Virus record (IMG/VR): IMGVR_UViG_3300028886_002149
Reading direction: 5' to 3' (one strand)
Length of the DNA: 33,765 nt
From: an uncultured virus (IMG/VR IMGVR_UViG_3300028886_002149)
Lineage: Duplodnaviria > Heunggongvirae > Uroviricota > Caudoviricetes
Shown here: piece by piece, positions 6,998-16,090 of the stretch
How positions within the stretch are numbered: position 1 is the stretch's first letter
Layout of the letters: every line of letters begins with the position of its first letter
Made by a program: the position numbers and the translations under genes
The notes under the pieces: generated by a model
What the model was told of the DNA's origin: nothing
The model's input: the letters and a program-made list of their open reading frames with translations, nothing else
The model's database searches: none

Positions 6998-7870
6998 ATG
7001 AATACTATCGTAGAAAAGATTACCGAACTCATAAAGGAAATGCTGCAAGGCTGGGTAATGTCTAACCTCGAAGGTATGTTTACCGATGTCAACGACAAGG
7101 TGAGCACCATTGCCGGAGAGGTTAGTCAGACCCCCAGTGCATGGAACGCAAGTATTTTCAACATGATCAAGACCTTGTCAGACAATGTCGTCATACCGAT
7201 AGCCGGGATCATCATAACCTACGTGCTTTGTTATGAGCTGATCACGATGGTCATAGACAAAAACAACATGCATGAATTCGACACTTCGCTTTTCTTCAGG
7301 TATCTCTTTAAGGCTTGCATCGCAGTAATGCTTCTTAGCAAGACCTCGGATATCGTCATGGCGATCTTTGATGTTGGCGGTCATATGGTAAATGAAGCCG
7401 CCAGTGCGATCACGGGTTCTACTGCGCTTAATGTCGGAGCAACCATCCAGTCGATGTTCTCATCGCAGCTGTCAACCATGGAGATAGGTGAGTTAATTGG
7501 TCTCGGCATAGAAACGATGTTTTGCAGCTTCTGTATGAAGATCATGTCCGTTTTGATCACCGTCATTTTGTACGGACGTATGATCGAGATCTACCTTTAT
7601 GTATCGGTAGCACCGGTGCCGTTTGCAACTCTTGTAAACAGGGAATGGGGCGGTATCGGATCCAACTATATCAAAGGATGCATAGCCTTGGCTTTTCAGG
7701 GATTTTTCATCATGGTCTGTGTTGCGATATACGCAGTCCTGGTCAACGCAGTAGCGGTAGCCGCGAACCTGCACTCAGCTTTATGGCAGGTAATGGCTTA
7801 TACCGTAGTGCTATGTTTCACCCTGTTTAAGACCGGGTCACTCGCAAAGAGCATCCTCAATGCACATTAA
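6998..7870 (+). CDS. VirB6/TrbL-like conjugal transfer membrane protein
   Basis: Polytopic; YGRMIEIYLY...AP.PFAT and ALAFQGFFIMVCVAIY motifs; lies between maff2 and prgI. Confidence 0.85.
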   Translation: MNTIVEKITELIKEMLQGWVMSNLEGMFTDVNDKVSTIAGEVSQTPSAWNASIFNMIKTLSDNVVIPIAGIIITYVLCYELITMVIDKNNMHEFDTSLFFRYLFKACIAVMLLSKTSDIVMAIFDVGGHMVNEAASAITGSTALNVGATIQSMFSSQLSTMEIGELIGLGIETMFCSFCMKIMSVLITVILYGRMIEIYLYVSVAPVPFATLVNREWGGIGSNYIKGCIALAFQGFFIMVCVAIYAVLVNAVAVAANLHSALWQVMAYTVVLCFTLFKTGSLAKSILNAH

Positions 7871-7889
7871 ATACGGAGGTGACGAGCCT

Positions 7890-8309
7890 ATGGCAATCGC
7901 AGTAGATGTGGCAAAAGATCCAAAGGCGATAAAGAGTAAGTTCATCGGGAACTTCACAAAGCGCCAGGTCATTTGCTTTGGAGCGGCTGCCGTGGTTGGT
8001 GTTCCCTTCTATCTGCTGACAAGAAAGGTAATCGGGACGGACGTGGCTGCCCTCATGATGGTGGCAGTCATGCTCCCGTTCTTCTTTGTGGCAATGTACG
8101 AGAAGGACGGTGTGCCTGCGGAGCAATACTTAAAACAGGTGATAGAAATGAAATTCATCCGGCCCGGGATACGCAGATATAAGGTGGAAAACCTCTACGA
8201 GCAGCTTAAAGAAAGAGAATTAAAAGAGAAGGAGGTGGAAGCTCTTGAACGCAAACAAAAAAGGTGGAAAGAAGAGCGCTACGGTAAAGCAGAAAAACAA
8301 GCCGGTTAA
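7890..8309 (+). CDS. PrgI family protein (VirB3-like)
   Basis: SD GGAGGT; K..FIGNFTKRQVICF, two TMs, PFFFVAMYEKDG.PAE. Confidence 0.85.
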   Translation: MAIAVDVAKDPKAIKSKFIGNFTKRQVICFGAAAVVGVPFYLLTRKVIGTDVAALMMVAVMLPFFFVAMYEKDGVPAEQYLKQVIEMKFIRPGIRRYKVENLYEQLKERELKEKEVEALERKQKRWKEERYGKAEKQAG

Positions 8310-10812
8310 GAAGTCTGCAAATACTGTTTCGCTTGTTCAGAAGTTTACAGGGCTTACGCTTTCTGAGCATCTGAAGTTAAAGAAGCTTAAGAAAGAATTA
8401 TCCGGCGATGCAACACAGTCCGGTAAGCAGATTTCCACGCAGCAAACCATAACCTTTGACAAGATGTACAAGGACGGCATCTGCAAAGTGAGAAAGAACT
8501 ATTACACAAAGATGATCGAGTTTAACGACATCAATTATGTCCTGTTGGATGAGGATGAGAGGGCAGATATCCTGGGGCTGTATTCACAGTTGATCAATTA
8601 TTTTGATCCCAGTATCAATTTTCAGATCTTCCTCTTTAACAGGCATGTGAACGAAGAGACCCTTGCGGCACAGTTTGATATCGCGGCGCAGGGAGATAAG
8701 TTCGATGATATCCGTGAGGAGTTTTCGGATATGCTCAAGAACCTCTCTGCAAAGGGAAAAAACGGCGTGATCAAAACCAAGCACATAATCTTCGGTATTG
8801 AAGCGGAGAACTTGAAGGAAGCACGCCAGAGATTTATCAGCATAGAGGCGGATATCTTGAAGAACTTAAGGAATCTTGGAACCAATGCCAAGTCCCTCGA
8901 TGGAAAGGAGCGATTGAGTGTCCTGTATGAATTCTTTAATCAGGACAAGATGGAGCCTTTCCATTTTTCATTTAAGGAAATGGCAGAGTCCGGCAACAGC
9001 GTGAAGGATTATATCGCACCGCAGGGCTTTGAATTCCGTTTCCCCGGAAGATACAAGATGGGGCATATGTTTGGTGCGACCAAGTATCTGGATATCATTT
9101 CGCCGAAGCTGAATGATGAACTTATCAAGCGTCTGCTGGATATTGACAGCAACATTTCCTTATCCATCCATATGCAGACGATAGAGCCGATCGAAGCGAT
9201 CAAGCTTCTCAAAAGAGCTTTATCCGATGTTCAGAAGACCAAGATCGACGAACAGAAGAAGGCGGTCCGTGCCGGATACGACATGGATATCCTGCCGACG
9301 GATATCGTTTTGTATGAGAAGAATACCATGGAGCTTTTGGATGATCTGAACAGTTCCAATCAGAAGCTGATATGGACGACGATCCTGATTTCGGGCTTTG
9401 GCAGAAACAAGAAGGAACTGGAGAGCGTGACACAGAGGATATCCGGTATCATACAGCAGGCCAACTGCCGGCTGATCGACCTGCAGTATAAGCAGGAAGT
9501 GGCGATGAATGCTGCAGCACCTATCGGTATCAATGAAACCAAGGAAGGCAGGCATCTGATCACGAAGAACCTGGCGATTCTCGTACCGTTCAACACGCAG
9601 GAGCTGTTCCAACAGGGACAGTCATTGTATTACGGACTGAATGCCTTATCGAACAACATGATCATGGCTGACCGTAAGAAGTTAAGAACACCGAACGGAG
9701 TAATACTTGGTACACCCGGTTCCGGTAAATCCTTCTCGGCAAAGAGAGAGATCCTTGGAAGCTTTCTTGTGTCGCGTGATGACATTCTGATCTGCGATCC
9801 CGAGGGTGAGTATTATCCGCTTGTAAAGGCGCTTGGCGGCGAGGTGGTGAAGCTGGCGACCAATTCAAAGGATTATCTGAATCCCATGGATATCCAGTTA
9901 TCACACAAGAACGATCGTGAGGCATTAAAGCTTAAGTCAGACTTCCTTATCACGCTCTGTGATGCCATCGCAGGCGGTGAAACGGGACTGGCGAATGACG
10001 AAAAGGGTATCATCGACCGTTGTATCGAAAAGATCTACGATGATTATTTCAAAGATCCCAGACCGGAGAACATGCCGTTGCTTGAAGATCTGTATAATGC
10101 GCTGATCGCATACGAGCCTGACAAAGCGGTGTCGGAAGAACTTGCGGTTGATGCAAGGCAGAAAGCGGTACGTATCGCAAACAGCCTTGTGCTTTATGTG
10201 CATGGTTCTCAGAACTATTTCAACCATCGCACAAATGTGGATTCGCAGAACCGTATTGTCTGCTTTGATATCAGAGACCTGGGAAAACAGCTGAAAGAGC
10301 TTGGAATGCTGATCGTGCAGGATGCGGTCTGGAACAGGGTATCAAGAAACCGTGAGAGACATGTTGCTACCAGATACTACTGTGATGAATTCCATCTGCT
10401 CCTCAGAGATAAGCAGACGGCACAGTATTCAGTAGAAATCTGGAAGAGATTCAGAAAGTGGGGCGGTATCCCGACAGGACTGACACAGAACGTCGGTGAC
10501 TTCCTGCGTTCAGAAGAGATCGAGGGAATCCTCGGTAACAGTGACTTTGTATATCTTCTTAACCAGAACGCAAAGGATCAGGTCATACTCGCTGACAAGC
10601 TGGGGCTTTCCGCAAAGCAGCTCCAGTATGTTACCAACTCTGAATCCGGCTGCGGACTGATACTTTTCAACGATGTGGTCATTCCCTTTGTTGACAGATA
10701 TCCGACCGATACCAAGACATACAAGATCATGAATACGAAACCGGAAGAAGTTGACGAGCCGGTTGCAGCAGCTAAACAGGGAGATGATGCAGATGGCGAA
10801 GAAACAGAATAA
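8245..10812 (+). CDS. virB4: VirB4-like conjugal transfer ATPase
   Basis: TTG start with SD AAGGAGGT; Walker A GTPGSGKS, ICDPEGEY, Walker B YCDEFH, RFRKWGGIPTGLTQN. Confidence 0.93.
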   Translation: MNANKKGGKKSATVKQKNKPVKKSANTVSLVQKFTGLTLSEHLKLKKLKKELSGDATQSGKQISTQQTITFDKMYKDGICKVRKNYYTKMIEFNDINYVLLDEDERADILGLYSQLINYFDPSINFQIFLFNRHVNEETLAAQFDIAAQGDKFDDIREEFSDMLKNLSAKGKNGVIKTKHIIFGIEAENLKEARQRFISIEADILKNLRNLGTNAKSLDGKERLSVLYEFFNQDKMEPFHFSFKEMAESGNSVKDYIAPQGFEFRFPGRYKMGHMFGATKYLDIISPKLNDELIKRLLDIDSNISLSIHMQTIEPIEAIKLLKRALSDVQKTKIDEQKKAVRAGYDMDILPTDIVLYEKNTMELLDDLNSSNQKLIWTTILISGFGRNKKELESVTQRISGIIQQANCRLIDLQYKQEVAMNAAAPIGINETKEGRHLITKNLAILVPFNTQELFQQGQSLYYGLNALSNNMIMADRKKLRTPNGVILGTPGSGKSFSAKREILGSFLVSRDDILICDPEGEYYPLVKALGGEVVKLATNSKDYLNPMDIQLSHKNDREALKLKSDFLITLCDAIAGGETGLANDEKGIIDRCIEKIYDDYFKDPRPENMPLLEDLYNALIAYEPDKAVSEELAVDARQKAVRIANSLVLYVHGSQNYFNHRTNVDSQNRIVCFDIRDLGKQLKELGMLIVQDAVWNRVSRNRERHVATRYYCDEFHLLLRDKQTAQYSVEIWKRFRKWGGIPTGLTQNVGDFLRSEEIEGILGNSDFVYLLNQNAKDQVILADKLGLSAKQLQYVTNSESGCGLILFNDVVIPFVDRYPTDTKTYKIMNTKPEEVDEPVAAAKQGDDADGEETE

Positions 10813-13273
10813 TCCGGCAAAGGATGAAGCGTTAAAGAAGAATGCGATGAAGCAGGAACGCTTTAATGCCGGGTCCGATACCGGTGAGTTTAAGAAAGAA
10901 CGAGCGGGTCCTGCGGGATCCGCGAAGGCCGGGGGTAAGACCTCGGTTCGTAAGGATAAGCCTGTTTCGGAAGCGCAGGAAATGTTTACGCAGGGGACAG
11001 ATAATAAGACCGGCAGTAAATCTGAACAGACGAGCAGAAAGGCAAATCAGGAGTTCTTCAGCAAACATGAGCAGGAGGATGAGCGTAATACTGAGTATGC
11101 TTCACAGCGCGAAGAAACAAGGGCGAGACGCATCCACAGGCAGCATGATACGCGGACCCGTGTGAAAGACAGCTTTATTCAGTCTGACGGTGATTTCCAT
11201 GATAAGACAGGTTTTGTTGAAGAAGCAGGCGCTGAGCTTTCAGATAGTAAGAAGTTAGACAAACTTGAAAAGAAAGCTGAGAAGGCTGGAAAGAAAACCG
11301 AAAAGGCGCGTAAGAAGCTGCCACAGCGTAAGGAATACAAGCTGGTACGCCACTTTGATGAAAAGACCGGAAAAGTCACCTATGAGCTTCAGACCAATAA
11401 GGTCATGAAAAAGCGGAAACAGGGCAATCCCGTAACGGCGGCACAGCGCAGGGCGATGATGGAAGCCACAGGTTTTGTGCATCAGAAGATTGCGGAGAAT
11501 GAAAAGGAAAACGCAGGTGTCGAAGGTGCGCATAAGACCGAGCAGGCAGGTGAGGCGGCAATAGATTATGCAAGACGGTTCAAGCATGATAAATACGCCC
11601 GCCGTGTCAACAAGGTCGCAGCTCTTGAAAAGAAGCAGTTTAAGGCAGAAGTCAATTTCCGCTATCAGAAGTATCTGGAGGAACATCCGGAGGTTAAGAA
11701 AAAAGCCTTGCAGAAAAGACTCCAAAAGCAAAGGATCAAGCGCGAGTATGCAAAGGCAGTCAGGAAAGGGACACAGGCAAAGCAGGCGGCAGGGTACGCA
11801 AAGAAAGCAGCTCAGAAGACAACCAACATAGCGAGAAAGTTACAGGAATTTGCCCGGAAGCACATTGGAGCGATAGCTACCATAGGACTCTTCGGGCTTT
11901 TCTTTATGCTGATCGCGGCGGGTGTATCGAGCTGTGCTGCCATATTTAACGGCGGTGTTTCTACGACGATGGCAGGAAGTTATCAGAGTGTGCCTGCACA
12001 GCTTGATGCATCTGATGAAGCCATGACCTCAAGAGAGATGGCTTTGCAGAATACCATTGATGCCATTGAAACGGATTATCCGGATTATGACGAGTACAAC
12101 TATAACCTCGATGAAATCGGACATAATCCTTTCACGCTGATCAATTATCTGTCAGCAATCAAGGTGGATGTGGTGGCTGCGGACTGCGATGCGGAGATCG
12201 AATCGCTCTTTGACGAGATGTATGAGCTTACCCTTACACCAAGGGAAGAAACAAGAACAAGAACGGTCACTCAGACCAATGAAGAGACAGGCGAGGAAGA
12301 GGAGGTTGAAGAAGAGTATACGGTGACAATACTTGATGTGGAGCTTACCAGGAAGCCACTCGAAGATATCGTGGCGGACAGGCTTGCCGGGAACGATGAT
12401 GCAAGTGCGTTATATACGGCCTATCAGATGACGAACGGTGCGCTTCAGCAGTTTTACACACCGCTGGATATGGACTGGTACAACATGATCTCAAGCTATT
12501 ACGGATACCGCAAGAATCCCATAACAGGAGAGAATCAGTTCCATCGAGGGATTGATATAGCGGTTCCTGAAGGCACGGAGGTCTATGCGGCTCATGATGG
12601 AACTGTCACTACGGCAACCTATGACGCAGATTACGGGAACTATATAGTGATCGAGGATGCGCAGGGCTTTACTACGAAATATGCACACCTGCAAAGCATG
12701 AATGTCAGCGCAGGTCAGACGGTGAAGCACGGAGCGGTCATAGGTAAAACGGGTAACACCGGAGCCAGTACCGGAAGCCATCTGCATCTGGAGTGTCTTG
12801 CGAGCGGTGAGTATTATAACCCGCTCTTTTATTTTGAGAACGGAAACGGCTCAATCTATGGCACGACAGATCCTATCGGTGGTAACGGAGATGTGGCGGC
12901 ACTGTTCGCAGAAGCTGAGCAGTATCTTGGATACCCTTATGTATGGGGTGGTTCAAATCCGTCAACGAGTTTCGACTGTTCGGGCTTTGTGTGCTATGTG
13001 GTGACTCACAGCGGTTATTACAACCTGCCGAGGACAACGGCGCAGGGCATATACAATCAGTGCCAGCATATCAGCGCATCTGAGGCAAGAGCCGGAGACA
13101 TCATTTTCTTCACGGGAACATACAATTCCGGTAACCCGGTAACGCACGTAGGAATCTATGCCGGAAACGGTCAGATGATCCACTGCGGTGATCCCATTAA
13201 ATACACCTCGATCAACACACCGTATTGGCAGAGTCATTTTTATGCCTTCGGTCGTCTGCCTTCTTCACCATAG
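10793..13273 (+). CDS. Conjugative cell-wall hydrolase: charged N-terminus, one TM, M23 peptidase and NlpC/P60 domains
   Basis: M23 motifs HRGID, YAHL and HLHLE; NlpC/P60 motifs PYVWGG, FDCSG and HVGIY. Start chosen from SD GGGAG (10784 and 10787 also possible). Confidence 0.9.
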   Translation: MAKKQNNPAKDEALKKNAMKQERFNAGSDTGEFKKERAGPAGSAKAGGKTSVRKDKPVSEAQEMFTQGTDNKTGSKSEQTSRKANQEFFSKHEQEDERNTEYASQREETRARRIHRQHDTRTRVKDSFIQSDGDFHDKTGFVEEAGAELSDSKKLDKLEKKAEKAGKKTEKARKKLPQRKEYKLVRHFDEKTGKVTYELQTNKVMKKRKQGNPVTAAQRRAMMEATGFVHQKIAENEKENAGVEGAHKTEQAGEAAIDYARRFKHDKYARRVNKVAALEKKQFKAEVNFRYQKYLEEHPEVKKKALQKRLQKQRIKREYAKAVRKGTQAKQAAGYAKKAAQKTTNIARKLQEFARKHIGAIATIGLFGLFFMLIAAGVSSCAAIFNGGVSTTMAGSYQSVPAQLDASDEAMTSREMALQNTIDAIETDYPDYDEYNYNLDEIGHNPFTLINYLSAIKVDVVAADCDAEIESLFDEMYELTLTPREETRTRTVTQTNEETGEEEEVEEEYTVTILDVELTRKPLEDIVADRLAGNDDASALYTAYQMTNGALQQFYTPLDMDWYNMISSYYGYRKNPITGENQFHRGIDIAVPEGTEVYAAHDGTVTTATYDADYGNYIVIEDAQGFTTKYAHLQSMNVSAGQTVKHGAVIGKTGNTGASTGSHLHLECLASGEYYNPLFYFENGNGSIYGTTDPIGGNGDVAALFAEAEQYLGYPYVWGGSNPSTSFDCSGFVCYVVTHSGYYNLPRTTAQGIYNQCQHISASEARAGDIIFFTGTYNSGNPVTHVGIYAGNGQMIHCGDPIKYTSINTPYWQSHFYAFGRLPSSP

Positions 13274-13290
13274 AAACACGGAGGAGGCTT

Positions 13291-13617
13291 ATGAATATCG
13301 AGAAGATGAATGAGCAGATCAGCAGATTGGAAGGGCAGAAAGCTGAATATGATGAGCGCATGGATAAGAAGATCATAGCCATGAAGAAAGAAAAGGAAGC
13401 AATGATCTCTGCTCAGATGCAGCATATTTTCAGAAAACATAAGCTCGATCCCGATGTGCTGATCAAGCTTAGGTTTGCAAGTAAAGAACAACTACAGATG
13501 GTTCTGGATTTCATTAACAGTGAGATCGAAGAACCTGCAAAGCCGGAGCCAAAGGAAGCTTCGGATGATAAAAAAGAAAAGGAGAATCAGAACCATGCAA
13601 AAGAACTTAATACGTAG
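13291..13617 (+). CDS. Small coiled-coil protein of the conjugation operon, 108 aa
   Basis: SD GGAGGAGG; helical, charged sequence; sits between the hydrolase and the DUF4366-like gene. Confidence 0.7.
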   Translation: MNIEKMNEQISRLEGQKAEYDERMDKKIIAMKKEKEAMISAQMQHIFRKHKLDPDVLIKLRFASKEQLQMVLDFINSEIEEPAKPEPKEASDDKKEKENQNHAKELNT

Positions 13618-15403
13618 GATTGCGGCATCGCTGATATTATCGGTGATGCTTTTTGCTTTGCCGTTTGGAGCGTTTATTGCAAATACATCAAACGCAGTCA
13701 CGGCATATGCAGAAGACGATGTCTCGGGAAATGCTTCGGATGAAACTGATCCCGATGATGGCACAGATGATGAGACGATTGGCGGAGAAACCGGTACCGG
13801 AAATACCGATGACGGAAATGCCGGCGACGGAGAAACCGGCGACGGGAATTCCGGCCACGGTGAAGAAGGAGAAGAGGGAGATGATCCCACACCTACCCCC
13901 GAACCGACTCCGGAGCCGACACCTGAACCGGCGCCTGAGTGCATCTGCGACCACAAGTGCAGTCAGTACGATTACAACAAGGACTGTCCCGTATGCAGTG
14001 CTGATTATAAGGACTGTGAGTACAAAGAACCCAGCGTGAAGATCACCATCAATACTCCAAAAGGCTGGTACGGAAGAGGTACATCCGTAAAGGTTACCTT
14101 TAAGGTTGAGGATATCCTGGATACAGGGAACTTCGCTGTTAAGAGTGTCAGAGCCAAGATCGGGCAGAATGGCAGTTACCAGGATGTTACCGAGGATATG
14201 TACATAGAGATCACTGAGAATTGCTCGGTATATGTGCTCGTGACTGATGCACGCGATAAGAGCTATGAGCGCAGCCGTTCAATAAAGTGTTTCGATACTA
14301 CCAAGCCCACGCTTAATGCGGCTGTATCCGAGGGTCTGCTTACAGTACAGGCATCTGATACTGAGTCCGGTGTAAAGGTTATCTATGTGAACGGTTATGA
14401 ATTCAAGGATATCACCAACGGTACTGTGAATATCAGACTTTCCCAGTTTGATGCCGGATATGAGTATTTCACGATCACGGCTATGGATGAGGCGGGTAAT
14501 GTATCAGAGGTTTACAAGACAAAGAACCCTTACTACAAGGATCCAAACTCTGATGATGACTCTAATCCTGCCGAACAGCTTCCCGCAAGTGCACAGCCGA
14601 CCAATCCTTCAAGTGCTACGGCTACGGTAACGGAGCATACACAGACTGACAGCAACGGAAATACCACAAGCCAGACACCAAAGACACCGGAGCAGCAGAA
14701 AAAAGAGGAATTTGCAAAGGCAGATGCAGAGGAAGCCGCATTAAGTGAAGATGGCAAAGATGAGGATATGAATCTCGGAAAAGAGTTTTATACCATCGAA
14801 GCCGCAAGTGGAAAAGTGTTCTATCTGATCATCGACCGTGACGGCGAAGAAGAGCTTGTGTATTTCTTAACCGAGATCACGGAGAACGATCTGCTTAATG
14901 TGACTACGGATAATTCCGAGACATTGCCGAAGAACTCTGCCGCGCTTGAATCACAGATCCCTATCACGGAGAGTGCTCTCCCGAATAACAATACGGATTA
15001 TGAAGAGACGCATGAGGTAGAGACACCTACAGAAACTCCCGAGGAGCCTGAGGAGCCTACGGAGGAGGAGCCGAAAGAGGAACCGATGGAGCCTGTAAAG
15101 AGTAATCCGCTCGTAGGATATCTCATAATGGGAATCCTCGGTGCAGGAGTGATCGGAGCTGCTTACTATTTCAAGGTTGTAAAGAAAAAGCAGGATGGCG
15201 ATTTTGTCGAAGATGAGGACGAAGAGGACGATGATGAGGATTATGAGACCGAAGAGGAAGAATCTGAATCCGAGGACAATTTCTTCGAGAACGAAAGAGA
15301 ACCGGAGAACGGCAGAGAGCAGGAAAGACCTGAACCCACTGCCGAGGATGTAGCCGATACCATCGGTGATGATGAAACAGAATCTGATTCCGAAGAGGAA
15401 TAA
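13595..15403 (+). CDS. DUF4366-like surface protein (signal peptide, Cys-rich motif, C-terminal TM, acidic tail), 602 aa
   Basis: SD AAGGAG; KEFYTI...GKVFYLIIDR...VYFLTEITENDLL motif; PTPE repeats; TM followed by YYFKVVKKKQ. Confidence 0.8.
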   Translation: MQKNLIRRIAASLILSVMLFALPFGAFIANTSNAVTAYAEDDVSGNASDETDPDDGTDDETIGGETGTGNTDDGNAGDGETGDGNSGHGEEGEEGDDPTPTPEPTPEPTPEPAPECICDHKCSQYDYNKDCPVCSADYKDCEYKEPSVKITINTPKGWYGRGTSVKVTFKVEDILDTGNFAVKSVRAKIGQNGSYQDVTEDMYIEITENCSVYVLVTDARDKSYERSRSIKCFDTTKPTLNAAVSEGLLTVQASDTESGVKVIYVNGYEFKDITNGTVNIRLSQFDAGYEYFTITAMDEAGNVSEVYKTKNPYYKDPNSDDDSNPAEQLPASAQPTNPSSATATVTEHTQTDSNGNTTSQTPKTPEQQKKEEFAKADAEEAALSEDGKDEDMNLGKEFYTIEAASGKVFYLIIDRDGEEELVYFLTEITENDLLNVTTDNSETLPKNSAALESQIPITESALPNNNTDYEETHEVETPTETPEEPEEPTEEEPKEEPMEPVKSNPLVGYLIMGILGAGVIGAAYYFKVVKKKQDGDFVEDEDEEDDDEDYETEEEESESEDNFFENEREPENGREQERPEPTAEDVADTIGDDETESDSEEE

Positions 15404-15419
15404 GAGATAACCATTAACA

Positions 15420-15445
15420 TGAGCCGAGGCAACCGCCCCGGCTCA
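15420..15445. other. GC-rich hairpin without a T run
   Basis: TGAGCCGAGGC-AACC-GCCCCGGCTCA, one mismatch. Confidence 0.5.
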
Positions 15446-15471
15446 AATCATGATGAACAGGAGGAAAGATC

Positions 15472-16080
15472 ATGGACGAAAGAACAACAAGTGAAGTGGT
15501 ACAGGATGTGATGGAGGACATCGCAGCCAAGAGAGAGGAAACCGCAAAGGAAGAAAAGACACTTGCGGAGAAGTTCTCTGACAGCAAGGCAGAACAGGCT
15601 CAGCCCGAAGCGCCCGCCGAGGATGCAAAGAAGATGGATGAGATCACGCTCAAGTTCGGCAAGGGTTGTGTGGGTGATGAATTCCAGGGCAAGGATGGAG
15701 TCAAGTACAGAGAAATCCTTGTTCCCAATCAGGATAAGGAAGATCACCGTCCCTGGCAGACCTTTGTGGTCAAGTCGAATCATGTGCATGAGAACCAGTT
15801 CGGAAAGGGCATGTGGTGCAAGCTTCCTGCAAATGGTTCCACTACGCTTCACAGGAGCGTGAAGGTTGGACAGGATGAGCAGGGTAAGCCGATCTGGGAC
15901 ACCGAGAAAACCAAAGTCAGCAACAGGGATCTGAAGAAGATGGTGGAAGCCTATAAGGACAAGGATCGTGACCGCAGCTCCATGAAGGAGAAGCTTGCTG
16001 AAAAACAGGCGGTTGTTGCAGAGCAGAAGCCCGTATATAAGGCTGCGGAGAAGTCGAAGTCTAAGGAAACATCGTTATAA
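15472..16080 (+). CDS. Hypothetical protein, 202 aa, with a SMKEKL...KETSL tail
   Basis: SD AGGAGG; codon style like the backbone genes. Confidence 0.8.
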   Translation: MDERTTSEVVQDVMEDIAAKREETAKEEKTLAEKFSDSKAEQAQPEAPAEDAKKMDEITLKFGKGCVGDEFQGKDGVKYREILVPNQDKEDHRPWQTFVVKSNHVHENQFGKGMWCKLPANGSTTLHRSVKVGQDEQGKPIWDTEKTKVSNRDLKKMVEAYKDKDRDRSSMKEKLAEKQAVVAEQKPVYKAAEKSKSKETSL

Positions 16081-16090
16081 GGAGGCGTGT

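Noticed and set aside
8245..8309. 65-nt prgI/virB4 overlap as a frameshift or novelty
   Set aside because: virB4 has its own strong SD and TTG start; such overlaps are usual in these operons.
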